A stretch of DNA of 64,000 bases. Origin: Oscillospiraceae bacterium. Lineage in GTDB: Bacteria; Bacillota; Clostridia; Oscillospirales; Oscillospiraceae. The notes under the pieces are model-generated. The model ran no database searches. It was not told the origin of the DNA and was given only the letters and a program-made list of their open reading frames with translations. The stretch's first letter is position 1, and every line of letters starts with the position of its first letter. Below, piece after piece: positions 42,882 through 51,314 of the stretch. The DNA lies in contig JAAWKB010000003.1 in NCBI GenBank assembly GCA_022797115.1, positions 3 to 64,002 of the forward strand, given 5' to 3'. Made by a program: the position numbers and the translations under genes.

Positions 42882-43187
42882 TTATAGGAGAATCCATTCC
42901 GAGACAAGCACCACCAGACAGCAGGCCACCGCCACCAGGAAGAGGCTGCCGCCCCGCCAGGCCAGCACCGCCCCTGCGATCAGGGCCAGCAGCCCGGCGA
43001 CAGGGCTCTGGGTGGCCTCCACGATAGCGGGGAAGGTCATGACCGCCAAGGTGACGTAGGGGACATAGTAGAGGAACGAGCGCAGGGTGCGGTTGGTGAT
43101 CTCCCGGCGGATCAGTACCAGGGGCGTCACACGAATCAGATAGGAGACGCCGGCGGAAACCAGGATGTAGAGCCAGATGGAGTTCAT
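42882..43187 (-). CDS. azlD: branched-chain amino acid exporter small subunit AzlD
   Basis: ORF 42882..43514. Start set at MNSIWLYILVSAGVSYLIRV (43187), overlapping the azlC stop by 4 nt; 101 aa, about 3-4 TM helices. Confidence 0.8.
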   Translation of the reverse strand: MNSIWLYILVSAGVSYLIRVTPLVLIRREITNRTLRSFLYYVPYVTLAVMTFPAIVEATQSPVAGLLALIAGAVLAWRGGSLFLVAVACCLVVLVSEWILL

Positions 43188-43894
43188 TCCGCCACCTCCT
43201 TTACCGGGAACAGTACCGCCGCCCCCAGAGAGATGGCCACCGTCAACAGGATGGTTTTGATCCCAGGGGAGACCGCTGCCAGGAACGGCCAGCGGCCTGC
43301 CAGGAAACTGGCCGCAAAGCTGAGGAGCACCAGGCCCAGCACGACCCGGTCCTGCCGGGCAGGCGGGACGATGATCGCCAAAAACATGCCGTACAGCCCG
43401 ACGCTCAGGGCGCTGACCAGCCGCAGGGGCAGCACATTGCCCACCACGACCCCGAAAAATGTACCCAGCCCCCAGCCGGGGATGGCAACCGCTATGGCCC
43501 CGTAGGTGTACCAAGGGTTCAGCCTGCCAGGGTAGGCGATGGAGATGCCGAACACCTCATCCGTCACATCATAGGCCACCAGCATCCGGTGATACAGGGG
43601 AGTGTCCGGTGCAAGTTTCTGGCTGAGCGCACAGCTCATGAGCAGATAGCGGGCGTTGGCCACCAGGGTCATGACCGCCACCTCCCAGTATCCCGCGCCC
43701 GCGCCCACCAGGGAGAACACAGCATATTCCCCGGCAGAGGCGTTGTTGGTCAAGCTCTCCACCATGGCTTGGACGGCGGTAAAGCCTGCGTTTTTTGCGG
43801 CAATGCCCAATGTGAAGGCCACGGCGAAATAGCCCAGTGCGATGGGCATCCCGTCCCGGACGCCCCGACGAAAACAGGTCTGGTTGCTTTCCAC
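43184..43894 (-). CDS. azlC: branched-chain amino acid exporter subunit AzlC
   Basis: GTG start. FRRGVRDGMPIALGYFAVAFTLG... is typical of the AzlC family. Confidence 0.85.
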   Translation of the reverse strand: MESNQTCFRRGVRDGMPIALGYFAVAFTLGIAAKNAGFTAVQAMVESLTNNASAGEYAVFSLVGAGAGYWEVAVMTLVANARYLLMSCALSQKLAPDTPLYHRMLVAYDVTDEVFGISIAYPGRLNPWYTYGAIAVAIPGWGLGTFFGVVVGNVLPLRLVSALSVGLYGMFLAIIVPPARQDRVVLGLVLLSFAASFLAGRWPFLAAVSPGIKTILLTVAISLGAAVLFPVKEVAE

Positions 43895-43927
43895 AGGCTT
43901 TCCCCTTTCTCTCTTTTATCTCGAAGT

Positions 43928-43955
43928 ATTATATCCCTTTCCCTGTAGAAGTCAA
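43928..43955 (-). promoter_or_regulatory. candidate SigA promoter of azlCD
   Basis: Minus strand: TTGACT (43955-43950), 16 nt spacer, TATAAT (43933-43928). Confidence 0.55.
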
Positions 43956-44036
43956 GATTACCGGAAGAATCCGGAGGGCAACAGCATTTGAAGCTGTGCC
44001 AGGATAGGGAGGTCAGCCTCCTTTCTGCTTCATTAC

Positions 44037-44070
44037 GCAAAAATGCCGCACAAAAGTGCGGCATTTTTGC
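44037..44070. terminator. bidirectional-type terminator hairpin downstream of tRNA-Arg
   Basis: Perfect 15-bp stem gcaaaaatgccgcac/aaaa/gtgcggcatttttgc with A- and T-tracts inside the arms. Confidence 0.7.
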
Positions 44071-44095
44071 TGTGTATCGGTTCTATAACACATGT

Positions 44096-44172
44096 TGGTA
44101 CGCCCGACTGGATTCGAACCAGCGGCCTTGTGAGTCGGAGTCACACGCGCTATCCAACTGCGCCACGGGCGC
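44096..44172 (-). tRNA. tRNA-Arg (anticodon CCG), CCA encoded
   Basis: rc = gcgcccgtggcgcagttggatagcgcgtgtgactCCGactcacaaggccgctggttcgaatccagtcgggcgtacca. Confidence 0.88.
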
Positions 44173-44202
44173 GCACCTAGACAAAACATATTTGTCATCC
44201 CT

Positions 44203-44231
44203 ACTATAACATAGAAATTCTTATTTGTAAA
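44203..44231 (-). promoter_or_regulatory. candidate promoter of tRNA-Arg
   Basis: Minus strand: TTTACA (44231-44226), 17 nt spacer, TGtTATAGT (-10 at 44208-44203), about 30 nt upstream of the tRNA. Confidence 0.55.
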
Positions 44232-44270
44232 GAAGAATTTTGGCAGACATGCGGCAATCCTCCGTTTCTT

Positions 44271-45077
44271 TTACGATACGAAGGCTTCCGGCCAGAGCTC
44301 ACGGCAGATCGCCGCCACGCCGCAGGCGTTGGAGGGCGGGCAGATGCGGTCTGCTGCCGCCAGGGCGTCGGGCGCGCCGCCTTCCACGCAGAAGCCCAGG
44401 CCCGCAGCCCGCAGAATGCCCACGTCATTATTTCCGTCCCCCACGCAGACACACTCCGCAAGGCTCATGCCGGTGTGGGAGAGGAGGGCCTTCAGCCCTG
44501 TGGCTTTGTCCTGCTGGGCGCGTACAATGTCGCAGCCGTCGTCGTTGTAGTAGAGGAAACGCAGCCCCAGGCCCCCGTAGAGGGCCTGGAACCGCTCTGC
44601 CTCCGCCCGGGGCATCCGTGCGGAGGCGGAAAAGGGCATCTCCTGGAGATGGCGGGTCTGATCCCCGCCGTCCTTCATGCAGGTGTCCAGCCCCAGCTCC
44701 AGCTCCCGCCGGTGGATTTCCTCATAGCCGATGTAGGAATAGGTGCCGTCGGAGAAGGAGAAGTGGAGGGAGTAGCCCCCCTCGGTGCAGAAGGAGAGCA
44801 GGGCCTCCAGCTCATCCTGGGCCAGGCAGCTGCTGGCGATGGTGCTGCCGCCGGCGTCCAATACCTGGGCCCCGGCGGCGCAGATCCAGTAGTCCGGCGT
44901 GAGGCCGTTGAGCATCTCAGTCGGGATGCCGCCCCGGCCACGCCCGGTGGAGATGGCAAATTTGACGCCATGGCGCTGGATGGCGCGGATGGCCTCCACG
45001 TTGTCCTGGGGTACCCGGGGCTGCTCAAAGGGGCGCAGCGTGCCGTCGATATCTGAAAGCAGGATACGGTATTTCAT
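44271..45077 (-). CDS. Cof-type HAD-IIB family hydrolase (sugar phosphatase-like)
   Basis: ORF 44271..45275. Start set at MKYRILLSDIDGTL (45077). Motif I DIDGT; motif IV GDGNNDV. Confidence 0.85.
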   Translation of the reverse strand: MKYRILLSDIDGTLRPFEQPRVPQDNVEAIRAIQRHGVKFAISTGRGRGGIPTEMLNGLTPDYWICAAGAQVLDAGGSTIASSCLAQDELEALLSFCTEGGYSLHFSFSDGTYSYIGYEEIHRRELELGLDTCMKDGGDQTRHLQEMPFSASARMPRAEAERFQALYGGLGLRFLYYNDDGCDIVRAQQDKATGLKALLSHTGMSLAECVCVGDGNNDVGILRAAGLGFCVEGGAPDALAAADRICPPSNACGVAAICRELWPEAFVS

Positions 45078-45120
45078 AGTGATCCCTTCCTTTTTCCACC
45101 GGCCGCCGCTGTCCGCCCGG

Positions 45121-46596
45121 TCAGCTGTGGGCCAAGGCCTGGCGGACCGCCCGCCGCCAGCCGTCCAGCCGCGTCTCCCGCTGGGCGCTGTCCATGGCGC
45201 TGGTATACCGGCGGCAGTGGATATGTTCATAAATGGTGTCCGGGTCGTACAGCCCGGCAGAAAAGCCCGCCGCATAGGCCGCGCCCATGCCGGAAAGCTC
45301 CTGGAGCTCCGGGATCTGTACGGTCACACCGGCAAGATCGCTCTGGAACTGCATCAGATAGCCGCTGGCCGTCGGCCCGCCGTCTACCCGCAGCAGCTCC
45401 ACTGGGAGTCCCGCGTCCCTCCGCATCAGCTCCACCAGGTCGGTGATCTGGTAGGCGATGCAATCCAGGCAGGCCCGGGCCAGTTCCGCCCGGCCGGTGG
45501 TGCGGGTGATGCCGGTAAACAGGCCGGTAGCGGCGCTGTCCCAGTAGGGCGCGCCCAGGCCCGTGAAGGCGGGGACGAAATAGGTCTGGTCGTTGGGGTT
45601 GGCCCTGGCGGCCAGCTCGGTGGCCTCGGCATCCGTGCGGATGAGGCCCACGTCCTCCCGCAGCCAGGTCATCACCGCGCCGGTGTAGTTGAGGTTGCCC
45701 TCGAAGACGTATTCCACCTTGCCGTCCAGCCCCCAGGCGAGGCTTGTGACCAGCCCGGAGGCGGAGCCCTTGGGCTGTCCTCCGATATGCATCATCACAG
45801 AGGAGCCGGTGCCATAGGTGGCCTTGACCTGGCCGGGGGCGCGGCACTGCTGCCCCAGCAGGGCGGCGTGGCTGTCACCCAGCACGCCGCAGATGGGGAT
45901 AGGCTTCTCCAGCCAGCCGCCCAGGTCGGTGCAGCCAAAGCAGGCGTCGGACATGCACACCTCCGGCAGGGCGGCGATTGGTACGCCGTATAGTGTACAC
46001 AATTTTTCGTCCCATTGCAAGGTGTGGATGTTAAAAAGCTGGGTGCGGCTGGCGTTGGAATAGTCGGTTTTGAAGGCCCGCTCCCGGCTCAGGCGGAAAA
46101 CCAGCCAGCTGTCGATGGTGCCCAGGCACAGCGTCCCCCGCTGGGCGGCCTGGGATACGGCCGGGAGGTTTTGCAGCATCCAGGAGAGCTTGGGGGCGGA
46201 GAAGTAGGGGGAGAGGTTCAGCCCGGTCCGCTCCTTGATGAGGCCGGCGTGGGCCTCCAGCCCGGCGCAGATCTCCCGCGCCCGGGCGCACTGCCAGACG
46301 ATGGCGTTGCAGAGGGGCTCTCCGGTCTCCCGGTCCCAGGCTGCCACCGTCTCCCGCTGGTTGGAGATGCCCAGGGCGACGATCGCCGCCTTGTTCGCCC
46401 CGGCCCTCTCCACCGTCTCCCGGGCTGCGGCCAGCACGTTGGTGAAGATCTCATCCGGATCGTGCTCCACCCAGCCCCGCTCATCCACAATCTGCCGGTG
46501 GGGCCGGTCCGCCCGGGACACCAGTACGCCGTTTTCGTCAAACAGCAGCCCCTTGGTGCCCTGGGTGGACTGGTCTACAGCCAGGATGTATTTCAT
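45121..46596 (-). CDS. FGGY-family carbohydrate kinase (glycerol kinase-like)
   Basis: ORF 45121..46707. Start set at MKYILAVDQSTQGTK (46596). ALGISNQRETVAAWDRETGEPLCNAIVWQC resembles GlpK. True substrate uncertain given the operon context. Confidence 0.85.
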   Translation of the reverse strand: MKYILAVDQSTQGTKGLLFDENGVLVSRADRPHRQIVDERGWVEHDPDEIFTNVLAAARETVERAGANKAAIVALGISNQRETVAAWDRETGEPLCNAIVWQCARAREICAGLEAHAGLIKERTGLNLSPYFSAPKLSWMLQNLPAVSQAAQRGTLCLGTIDSWLVFRLSRERAFKTDYSNASRTQLFNIHTLQWDEKLCTLYGVPIAALPEVCMSDACFGCTDLGGWLEKPIPICGVLGDSHAALLGQQCRAPGQVKATYGTGSSVMMHIGGQPKGSASGLVTSLAWGLDGKVEYVFEGNLNYTGAVMTWLREDVGLIRTDAEATELAARANPNDQTYFVPAFTGLGAPYWDSAATGLFTGITRTTGRAELARACLDCIAYQITDLVELMRRDAGLPVELLRVDGGPTASGYLMQFQSDLAGVTVQIPELQELSGMGAAYAAGFSAGLYDPDTIYEHIHCRRYTSAMDSAQRETRLDGWRRAVRQALAHS

Positions 46597-47525
46597 TTGA
46601 GCAGCGCCTCCGCCGCCTTGGCAATGCCGGAGGCGTTGAGGCCGTAGTGCTCGAAGACCTCCTTCGAGGTGCCGGTGATGACCGGTGCGTCCGGCAGGGC
46701 CAGGCATTTCACCTTCTTCGGGCAGTGCTCCGCCACCGCCTGGGCGACCATGCTGCCCAGGCCGCCGGTGGGGGCGTGCTCCTCCACAGTGACCACGGCC
46801 TTTACCTGCCGGGCATAGCGCAGCAGTGTTTCCGTGTCCAGAGGCTTGACGCAGTACATGTCCAGCACGGCGGCGGAGACGCCGCCCTTTTCCAGCAGCG
46901 CAGCCGCCTCCTGGGTGGGCTTCACCATCTCCCCGCAGGCCGCCAGCAGCACGTCCGTGCCCTCAGCGAGCACTGTGGCCCGATCCATTACGAAGGGGCA
47001 GTCCTCCTCCGTGTAGATATCCTCCACCGGGTTCCGGCCTACCCGGATATACGCGCCCTTTTCATCCGACAGCAGGGCCTCAACCAGCTTCCTGGTCTGG
47101 TGCCGGTCGCTGGGCAGGTACACCCGCATGTCGGGGATGGCGCTCATGGCGGCGATGTCCTGGGCGGAGTGGTGGCTCATGCCCAGGGCCCCGTAGCTGA
47201 CGCCGCCGGAGATGCCGATGAGCTTGACATTGGTCCGGGAGTAGGCCACGTCCACTTTGCACTGCTCATAGCTGCGGGTGGAGAGGAAGCTGGCCGGGGA
47301 GGCGCACCATGCTTTCTTGCCGCAGCTGGCAAGGCCTGCGGCGATGCCCACCAGGTCCTGCTCGGCAATGCCCACCTCCACGGACTGCCCGGGGAACGTC
47401 TGGAAGAAGGGGGCCAGGGAGGCGCTGCCGCGGGAATCGCTGCACAGGACGACAATATCCGGATCGGCTTCAGCGCGGGCCATCAGGGCCTCGCAGATGG
47501 CCTGGCGGTTGGGGATCTTATTCAT
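46593..47525 (-). CDS. transketolase, C-terminal (pyrimidine-binding) subunit
   Basis: ORF 46593..47552. Start set at MNKIPNRQAICEAL (47525). VEVGIAEQDLVGIAAGLA motif. Confidence 0.88.
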   Translation of the reverse strand: MNKIPNRQAICEALMARAEADPDIVVLCSDSRGSASLAPFFQTFPGQSVEVGIAEQDLVGIAAGLASCGKKAWCASPASFLSTRSYEQCKVDVAYSRTNVKLIGISGGVSYGALGMSHHSAQDIAAMSAIPDMRVYLPSDRHQTRKLVEALLSDEKGAYIRVGRNPVEDIYTEEDCPFVMDRATVLAEGTDVLLAACGEMVKPTQEAAALLEKGGVSAAVLDMYCVKPLDTETLLRYARQVKAVVTVEEHAPTGGLGSMVAQAVAEHCPKKVKCLALPDAPVITGTSKEVFEHYGLNASGIAKAAEALLK

Positions 47526-48357
47526 GGAGGGCACTCTCCTTTCTGGCGGCAAAATCCGCGATAATCTGCTCGTATTCCTCCTGGTTGGGCAGGTGGTGGT
47601 GCCAGCCCGCCTTGTTCTCCATGATGGCGGAGCCGCAGCCCTTGATGGTGTTGGCGATCAGCACCGTGGGCCGGCCCTTGGTAGCTGCCGCCTCATCAAA
47701 GGCGGCGGCGAGGGCGTCGTAGTCGTGGCCGTCCACCTGGACGGCGTGCCAGCCGAAGGCCGCAAAGCGGGCCTGCAAATCGTCGTGGTGCATCACGTCC
47801 TCAGTGGAACCGGAGATTTGCAGGCGGTTGCGGTCCACCACGGCGCAGAGGTTGTCCAGCTTGTAGTGGGATGCGCTCATCGCGCCCTCCCACACGGAGC
47901 CCTCCGCCAGCTCGCCGTCCCCCATGACGGTGTACACGCGGTAGTCCCGCCGGTCCATCTTCCCCGCCAGGGCCATGCCCACCGCTACCGGCAGGCCGTG
48001 GCCCAGGGAGCCGGAGTTCATCTCAATGCCCGGCAGCTTGTTGTTGGGGTGGCCGATGTAGGGGGAGCCGAACTTGGAGAACTGGGAGATGACCTCATCA
48101 ATGGGGAAGAAGCCCTTCTTCGCCAGCACCGCGTAGAGGGTCTCCACGCTGTGGCCCTTGCTGAGGATAAACCGGTCCCGGTTGGGATCGTCCTGGTTGT
48201 CCGGGGAGATGTTCATCACCTTGAAATACAGCGTGACCAGAATGTCCATCATGGACATGTCGCCGCCGATGTGGCCGCCCTTGCCGGAGAGAATCATGTC
48301 CACAACGTCCTTGCGCAGGTCGTAGGACAGTACTTTCAGTTCATTCACCTTATTCAC
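47518..48357 (-). CDS. transketolase, N-terminal (TPP-binding) subunit
   Basis: GGHIGGDMS, GSLGHGLPVAVGMA and VMGDGELAEGSVWE motifs. Confidence 0.9.
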   Translation of the reverse strand: MNKVNELKVLSYDLRKDVVDMILSGKGGHIGGDMSMMDILVTLYFKVMNISPDNQDDPNRDRFILSKGHSVETLYAVLAKKGFFPIDEVISQFSKFGSPYIGHPNNKLPGIEMNSGSLGHGLPVAVGMALAGKMDRRDYRVYTVMGDGELAEGSVWEGAMSASHYKLDNLCAVVDRNRLQISGSTEDVMHHDDLQARFAAFGWHAVQVDGHDYDALAAAFDEAAATKGRPTVLIANTIKGCGSAIMENKAGWHHHLPNQEEYEQIIADFAARKESALHE

Positions 48358-49750
48358 CTCTCAAATATGCTTTCACGTCTTCCTCAATGGGGTCGTACAG
48401 GTCCGGCTTTACGCCGATGTACTTGCAGGCTTCGTACAGGACCGGAACCACATCCTTGTGGATACCCACGCAGTGGTGGATGTAGGGCCCCTCCACGATC
48501 TTGGCCTCCAGGCGCTTGATGTTGTCCACCTCCACCCAGAGATAGGTGCCCATGCCCTTGGGGCCGTCCACACCCTTGGCGTTGCCCAGCAGCAGGGAGT
48601 ACTCGCCGTTGTCCCCGTCGAACCGGGCCAGGGTGAGATCCCCGTGCTTGGCCTCGGCGGTGATGGCGCCCGGGTAGTCGAAGGCCAGGGGGTAGGTGAT
48701 GCAGGGCTTGCACCCGGCCACGCTCAGGGGCCAGGGGCCGCAGTGCTGGAGCAGCTCGCCGTTTTCGATGTCCGGGTGGCGGATGGTCCAGTCAGCAAAG
48801 AAGGAGCGGGTCCCGTCGTTGGCCGCGGCCTCCACCAGCAGGGCGGTGATGGCCCCGTGGATGTCCGTCTCGCAGACCACGGGGATGCCCTTGTCATTGA
48901 GCAGGGCGTTGGCGGCGCAGGGCATGATGCCCAGCTCGTCCTGGAGGGCGTTCCAGCACTGGATGGCCCCGGCGCTGCAGTGGTACTTTTTCATCAGCCG
49001 CTCCATGGCCACCGCCAGCCCCGCCACGTTGGCCAACTGCTCGTCCGTGACCTTGACCTCCATGTTGGCCCGGCAGTAGGTCATGGTTTCCCGGACCTCT
49101 GCGCCGTCTGCGATGGCCCGTTTGACCTCCGCCGTCAGCTCCGGCAGGGGCACCGGCGAGAGCTGGACGTTGAACCGCTCCAGCAGCTCGCCCTCGTTGC
49201 ACATGGTGGACCAGAAGTCGAAGGGCCGGGGGCCGATCTGGAGGATGCGGATGCTCCGGAAGGTCTTCACGACCCGGCACACCGCCAGGAAATCCTTCAC
49301 GCCCCGCTCGAATACCGGGTCGCTGAGCCGGCAGTTGGTCAGGTAGGTGAAGGGCGCCTGGAACCGGCGCAGCACCTTTCCGGTGGCGAACAGGCCGCAC
49401 TGGGTATCCCGCAGGCGCGTCCCGTCCGGCTCAGGCCGCTCGTCCAGGGGGCCCCAGAGCAGCACCGGCACGCCCAGATCCTTCGCCAGCCGGGCGCATA
49501 CATATTCCGTGCCAAAGTTGCAGTGGGGCAGCATCAGGCCGTCTACACCGGCGGCCCGGAACTTCTCCAGGACCTTCAGCCGGTCGTCCTCGCTGTAGAG
49601 CAGCCCCTCCTCGTTTATCTCACCGATGTCTACAAAATCCACGCCCAGCTCCCGCAGGCGGTCCGCCGTGAGGCCCCGGTATTTCACCGCGTCCGGCGCG
49701 GAGAAGATACTGCGGCGGGTAGGCGCAAAGCCAAGCTTGATCGTACTCAT
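48350..49750 (-). CDS. L-fucose/L-arabinose isomerase-family sugar isomerase
   Basis: ORF 48350..50182. Start set at MSTIKLGFAPTRR (49750 behind aggagga). Family-like stretch GLMLPHCNFGTEY...LLWGP; 466 aa. Confidence 0.75.
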   Translation of the reverse strand: MSTIKLGFAPTRRSIFSAPDAVKYRGLTADRLRELGVDFVDIGEINEEGLLYSEDDRLKVLEKFRAAGVDGLMLPHCNFGTEYVCARLAKDLGVPVLLWGPLDERPEPDGTRLRDTQCGLFATGKVLRRFQAPFTYLTNCRLSDPVFERGVKDFLAVCRVVKTFRSIRILQIGPRPFDFWSTMCNEGELLERFNVQLSPVPLPELTAEVKRAIADGAEVRETMTYCRANMEVKVTDEQLANVAGLAVAMERLMKKYHCSAGAIQCWNALQDELGIMPCAANALLNDKGIPVVCETDIHGAITALLVEAAANDGTRSFFADWTIRHPDIENGELLQHCGPWPLSVAGCKPCITYPLAFDYPGAITAEAKHGDLTLARFDGDNGEYSLLLGNAKGVDGPKGMGTYLWVEVDNIKRLEAKIVEGPYIHHCVGIHKDVVPVLYEACKYIGVKPDLYDPIEEDVKAYLRGE

Positions 49751-49786
49751 GGGATGATCCTCCTTGCTTCCGATTTGGTTGGCACC

Positions 49787-49795
49787 AGTATAGCA
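49787..49795 (-). promoter_or_regulatory. extended -10 element upstream of the isomerase operon
   Basis: Minus strand TGcTATACT, 37 nt upstream of ATG 49750. Confidence 0.4.
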
Positions 49796-49931
49796 CGCGC
49801 CCGGGCCGGCAGGCGGCGGGACGGAGCCTGGGGGTTGTTTTTCTACGAAACGGAGAAAAGGGAGCCCCGCCCTTTTGCCATTTTCCACAAGGGACGGGGC
49901 GCAGGGGTGCGCAGATTTACTAAAACGAGTG

Positions 49932-49944
49932 GTAAATAATTTAC
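49932..49944. promoter_or_regulatory. AT-rich perfect palindrome, candidate regulator-binding site
   Basis: GTAAAT-A-ATTTAC. The core TAAATAATTTA recurs as its complement TAAATTATTTA at 51085-51095. Confidence 0.3.
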
Positions 49945-49954
49945 TAAACCGCGC

Positions 49955-49983
49955 TTGACAGCCGGCGGACAGGCGGGTAGAAT
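49955..49983 (+). promoter_or_regulatory. candidate SigA promoter of the LacI-family gene
   Basis: TTGACA (49955-49960), 17 nt spacer, TAGAAT (49978-49983). Confidence 0.55.
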
Positions 49984-50025
49984 AAAACTGGTATCTTGTA
50001 TACATCCTACAAAGGAGGGGGCGCA

Positions 50026-51057
50026 ATGGCGGTAACGGCAAAGGACGTGGCGCAGCGGCTGGGGGTCTCCCCGGCAGCGGTATCGCTGGCCCTGCGGGGC
50101 CGGCCCGGGGTGAGCGAGGGGACCCGTGAGCGCATATTGGAGACAGCCCGGCAGATGGGCTATCCCATGGAGGGGCGCACACCGGACAAGTCGGGGATGC
50201 TCCAGATGGTCATTTACAAGCGCCATGGCAAGGTCTTCTCCGACACGCCCTTTTTTGAGCAGCTGACCGAGGGGGTGGCGGAGCAGGCCGGGGCCCTGGG
50301 CTACCACCTGTCTGTGTCCTATTTTTACGGCAGCCAGAACCCGCAGGAGCAGCTGCGCAGCATCCGCAGCCTCAACAGCGAGGGCATCATCCTGCTGGCC
50401 ACGGAGATGCGCAGCGTGGATATGCAGCTGTTTTTCGGGCTGAGCGTCCCGATTGTGGTGCTGGATAACTTCATTACGTCAGAAAGCTATGATTTGGTAG
50501 GGATTGATAACCGCTACGGCGCTTGGAACGCGGTCCGCTACCTCATCAGCTGCGGCCATACCCGGCTGGGCTACCTCCACAGCAGCGTGGATATCCGCAA
50601 CTTCAGCCGCCGCTATGACGGGTATCTGATGGGCTGCCGGAGCCTGCCGGATGCTGCGGCCAAGGACTCGTCCCGCCGGGTGGTGCGCGTAGGCACCACC
50701 CCGGAGGCGGCCGCCTCCGATATGCGTGCCTACCTGGCCACGGACCCCGTGCTGCCCACCGCCTTTTTTGCCGACAACGACAGCATCGCCGCCGGCTGCT
50801 GCCGCGCCATCCAGGAGAGCGGCCTGCGCATCCCCCAGGATGTGTCCGTCATCGGTTTTGACGATTCCTCGCTCTGCCAGATGATCGACCCGCCCCTGAC
50901 CACCATGGGCGTACACAAGGAGCGCATGGGTGCGCTGGCGGTGAACCGCCTGTATGAGCGCCTGCGGCAGGATATGCCGGAGACGGTGCGGATTCTGGTG
51001 CAGCCCAGCATTATTGTCCGGGAATCGGTATTGGACCTCAACAGTATGGCCCCCTGA
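50026..51057 (+). CDS. LacI-family transcriptional regulator
   Basis: ORF 49996..51057. ATG 50026 behind aaaggagg. HTH VTAKDVAQRLGVSPAAVSLALRGRPGVSEGTRERI plus a periplasmic-binding-protein-like domain. Confidence 0.9.
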   Translation: MAVTAKDVAQRLGVSPAAVSLALRGRPGVSEGTRERILETARQMGYPMEGRTPDKSGMLQMVIYKRHGKVFSDTPFFEQLTEGVAEQAGALGYHLSVSYFYGSQNPQEQLRSIRSLNSEGIILLATEMRSVDMQLFFGLSVPIVVLDNFITSESYDLVGIDNRYGAWNAVRYLISCGHTRLGYLHSSVDIRNFSRRYDGYLMGCRSLPDAAAKDSSRRVVRVGTTPEAAASDMRAYLATDPVLPTAFFADNDSIAAGCCRAIQESGLRIPQDVSVIGFDDSSLCQMIDPPLTTMGVHKERMGALAVNRLYERLRQDMPETVRILVQPSIIVRESVLDLNSMAP

Positions 51058-51084
51058 TCTGCATATTTTTATATAAATATTTAA

Positions 51085-51095
51085 TAAATTATTTA
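51085..51095. promoter_or_regulatory. second copy of the AT-rich palindrome
   Basis: TAAAT-T-ATTTA, about 127 nt upstream of the PTS -10 element. Confidence 0.3.
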
Positions 51096-51218
51096 GTAAA
51101 TTTCATTTTGCTCTTTGCGGGGCCTTATCGGGTGTGCCCAAAAAATGGGATTATTTTTTAGGATTTTTGACAAACTTTACAGATAGAACCCCTCTTAGCG
51201 AAATTTTTTCCCTCTCTG

Positions 51219-51227
51219 TGCTATAAT
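51219..51227 (+). promoter_or_regulatory. extended -10 element upstream of the PTS operon
   Basis: TGcTATAAT, 88 nt upstream of ATG 51315. Confidence 0.5.
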
Positions 51228-51314
51228 GGCGCCGTCTCAGAGAGTGCCGTCCCCCTCCGCCCGGCAGGCGGCTGGGGCGGCGGGGAGAAAGAATTGAAAA
51301 AGGAGAGGAACACC

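Noticed and set aside
43895-44036. T-box or amino-acid leader upstream of azlCD
   Set aside because: The candidate promoter (43955-43928) leaves only about 30 nt of 5' UTR, too short for a T-box. No specifier or T-box sequence was seen.
51058-51314. RAT / BglG-type antitermination leader upstream of the beta-glucoside PTS
   Set aside because: No RAT-like sequence overlapping a terminator and no PRD-antiterminator gene in the locus. The 5' UTR is GC-rich but lacks a hairpin followed by a U-tract.
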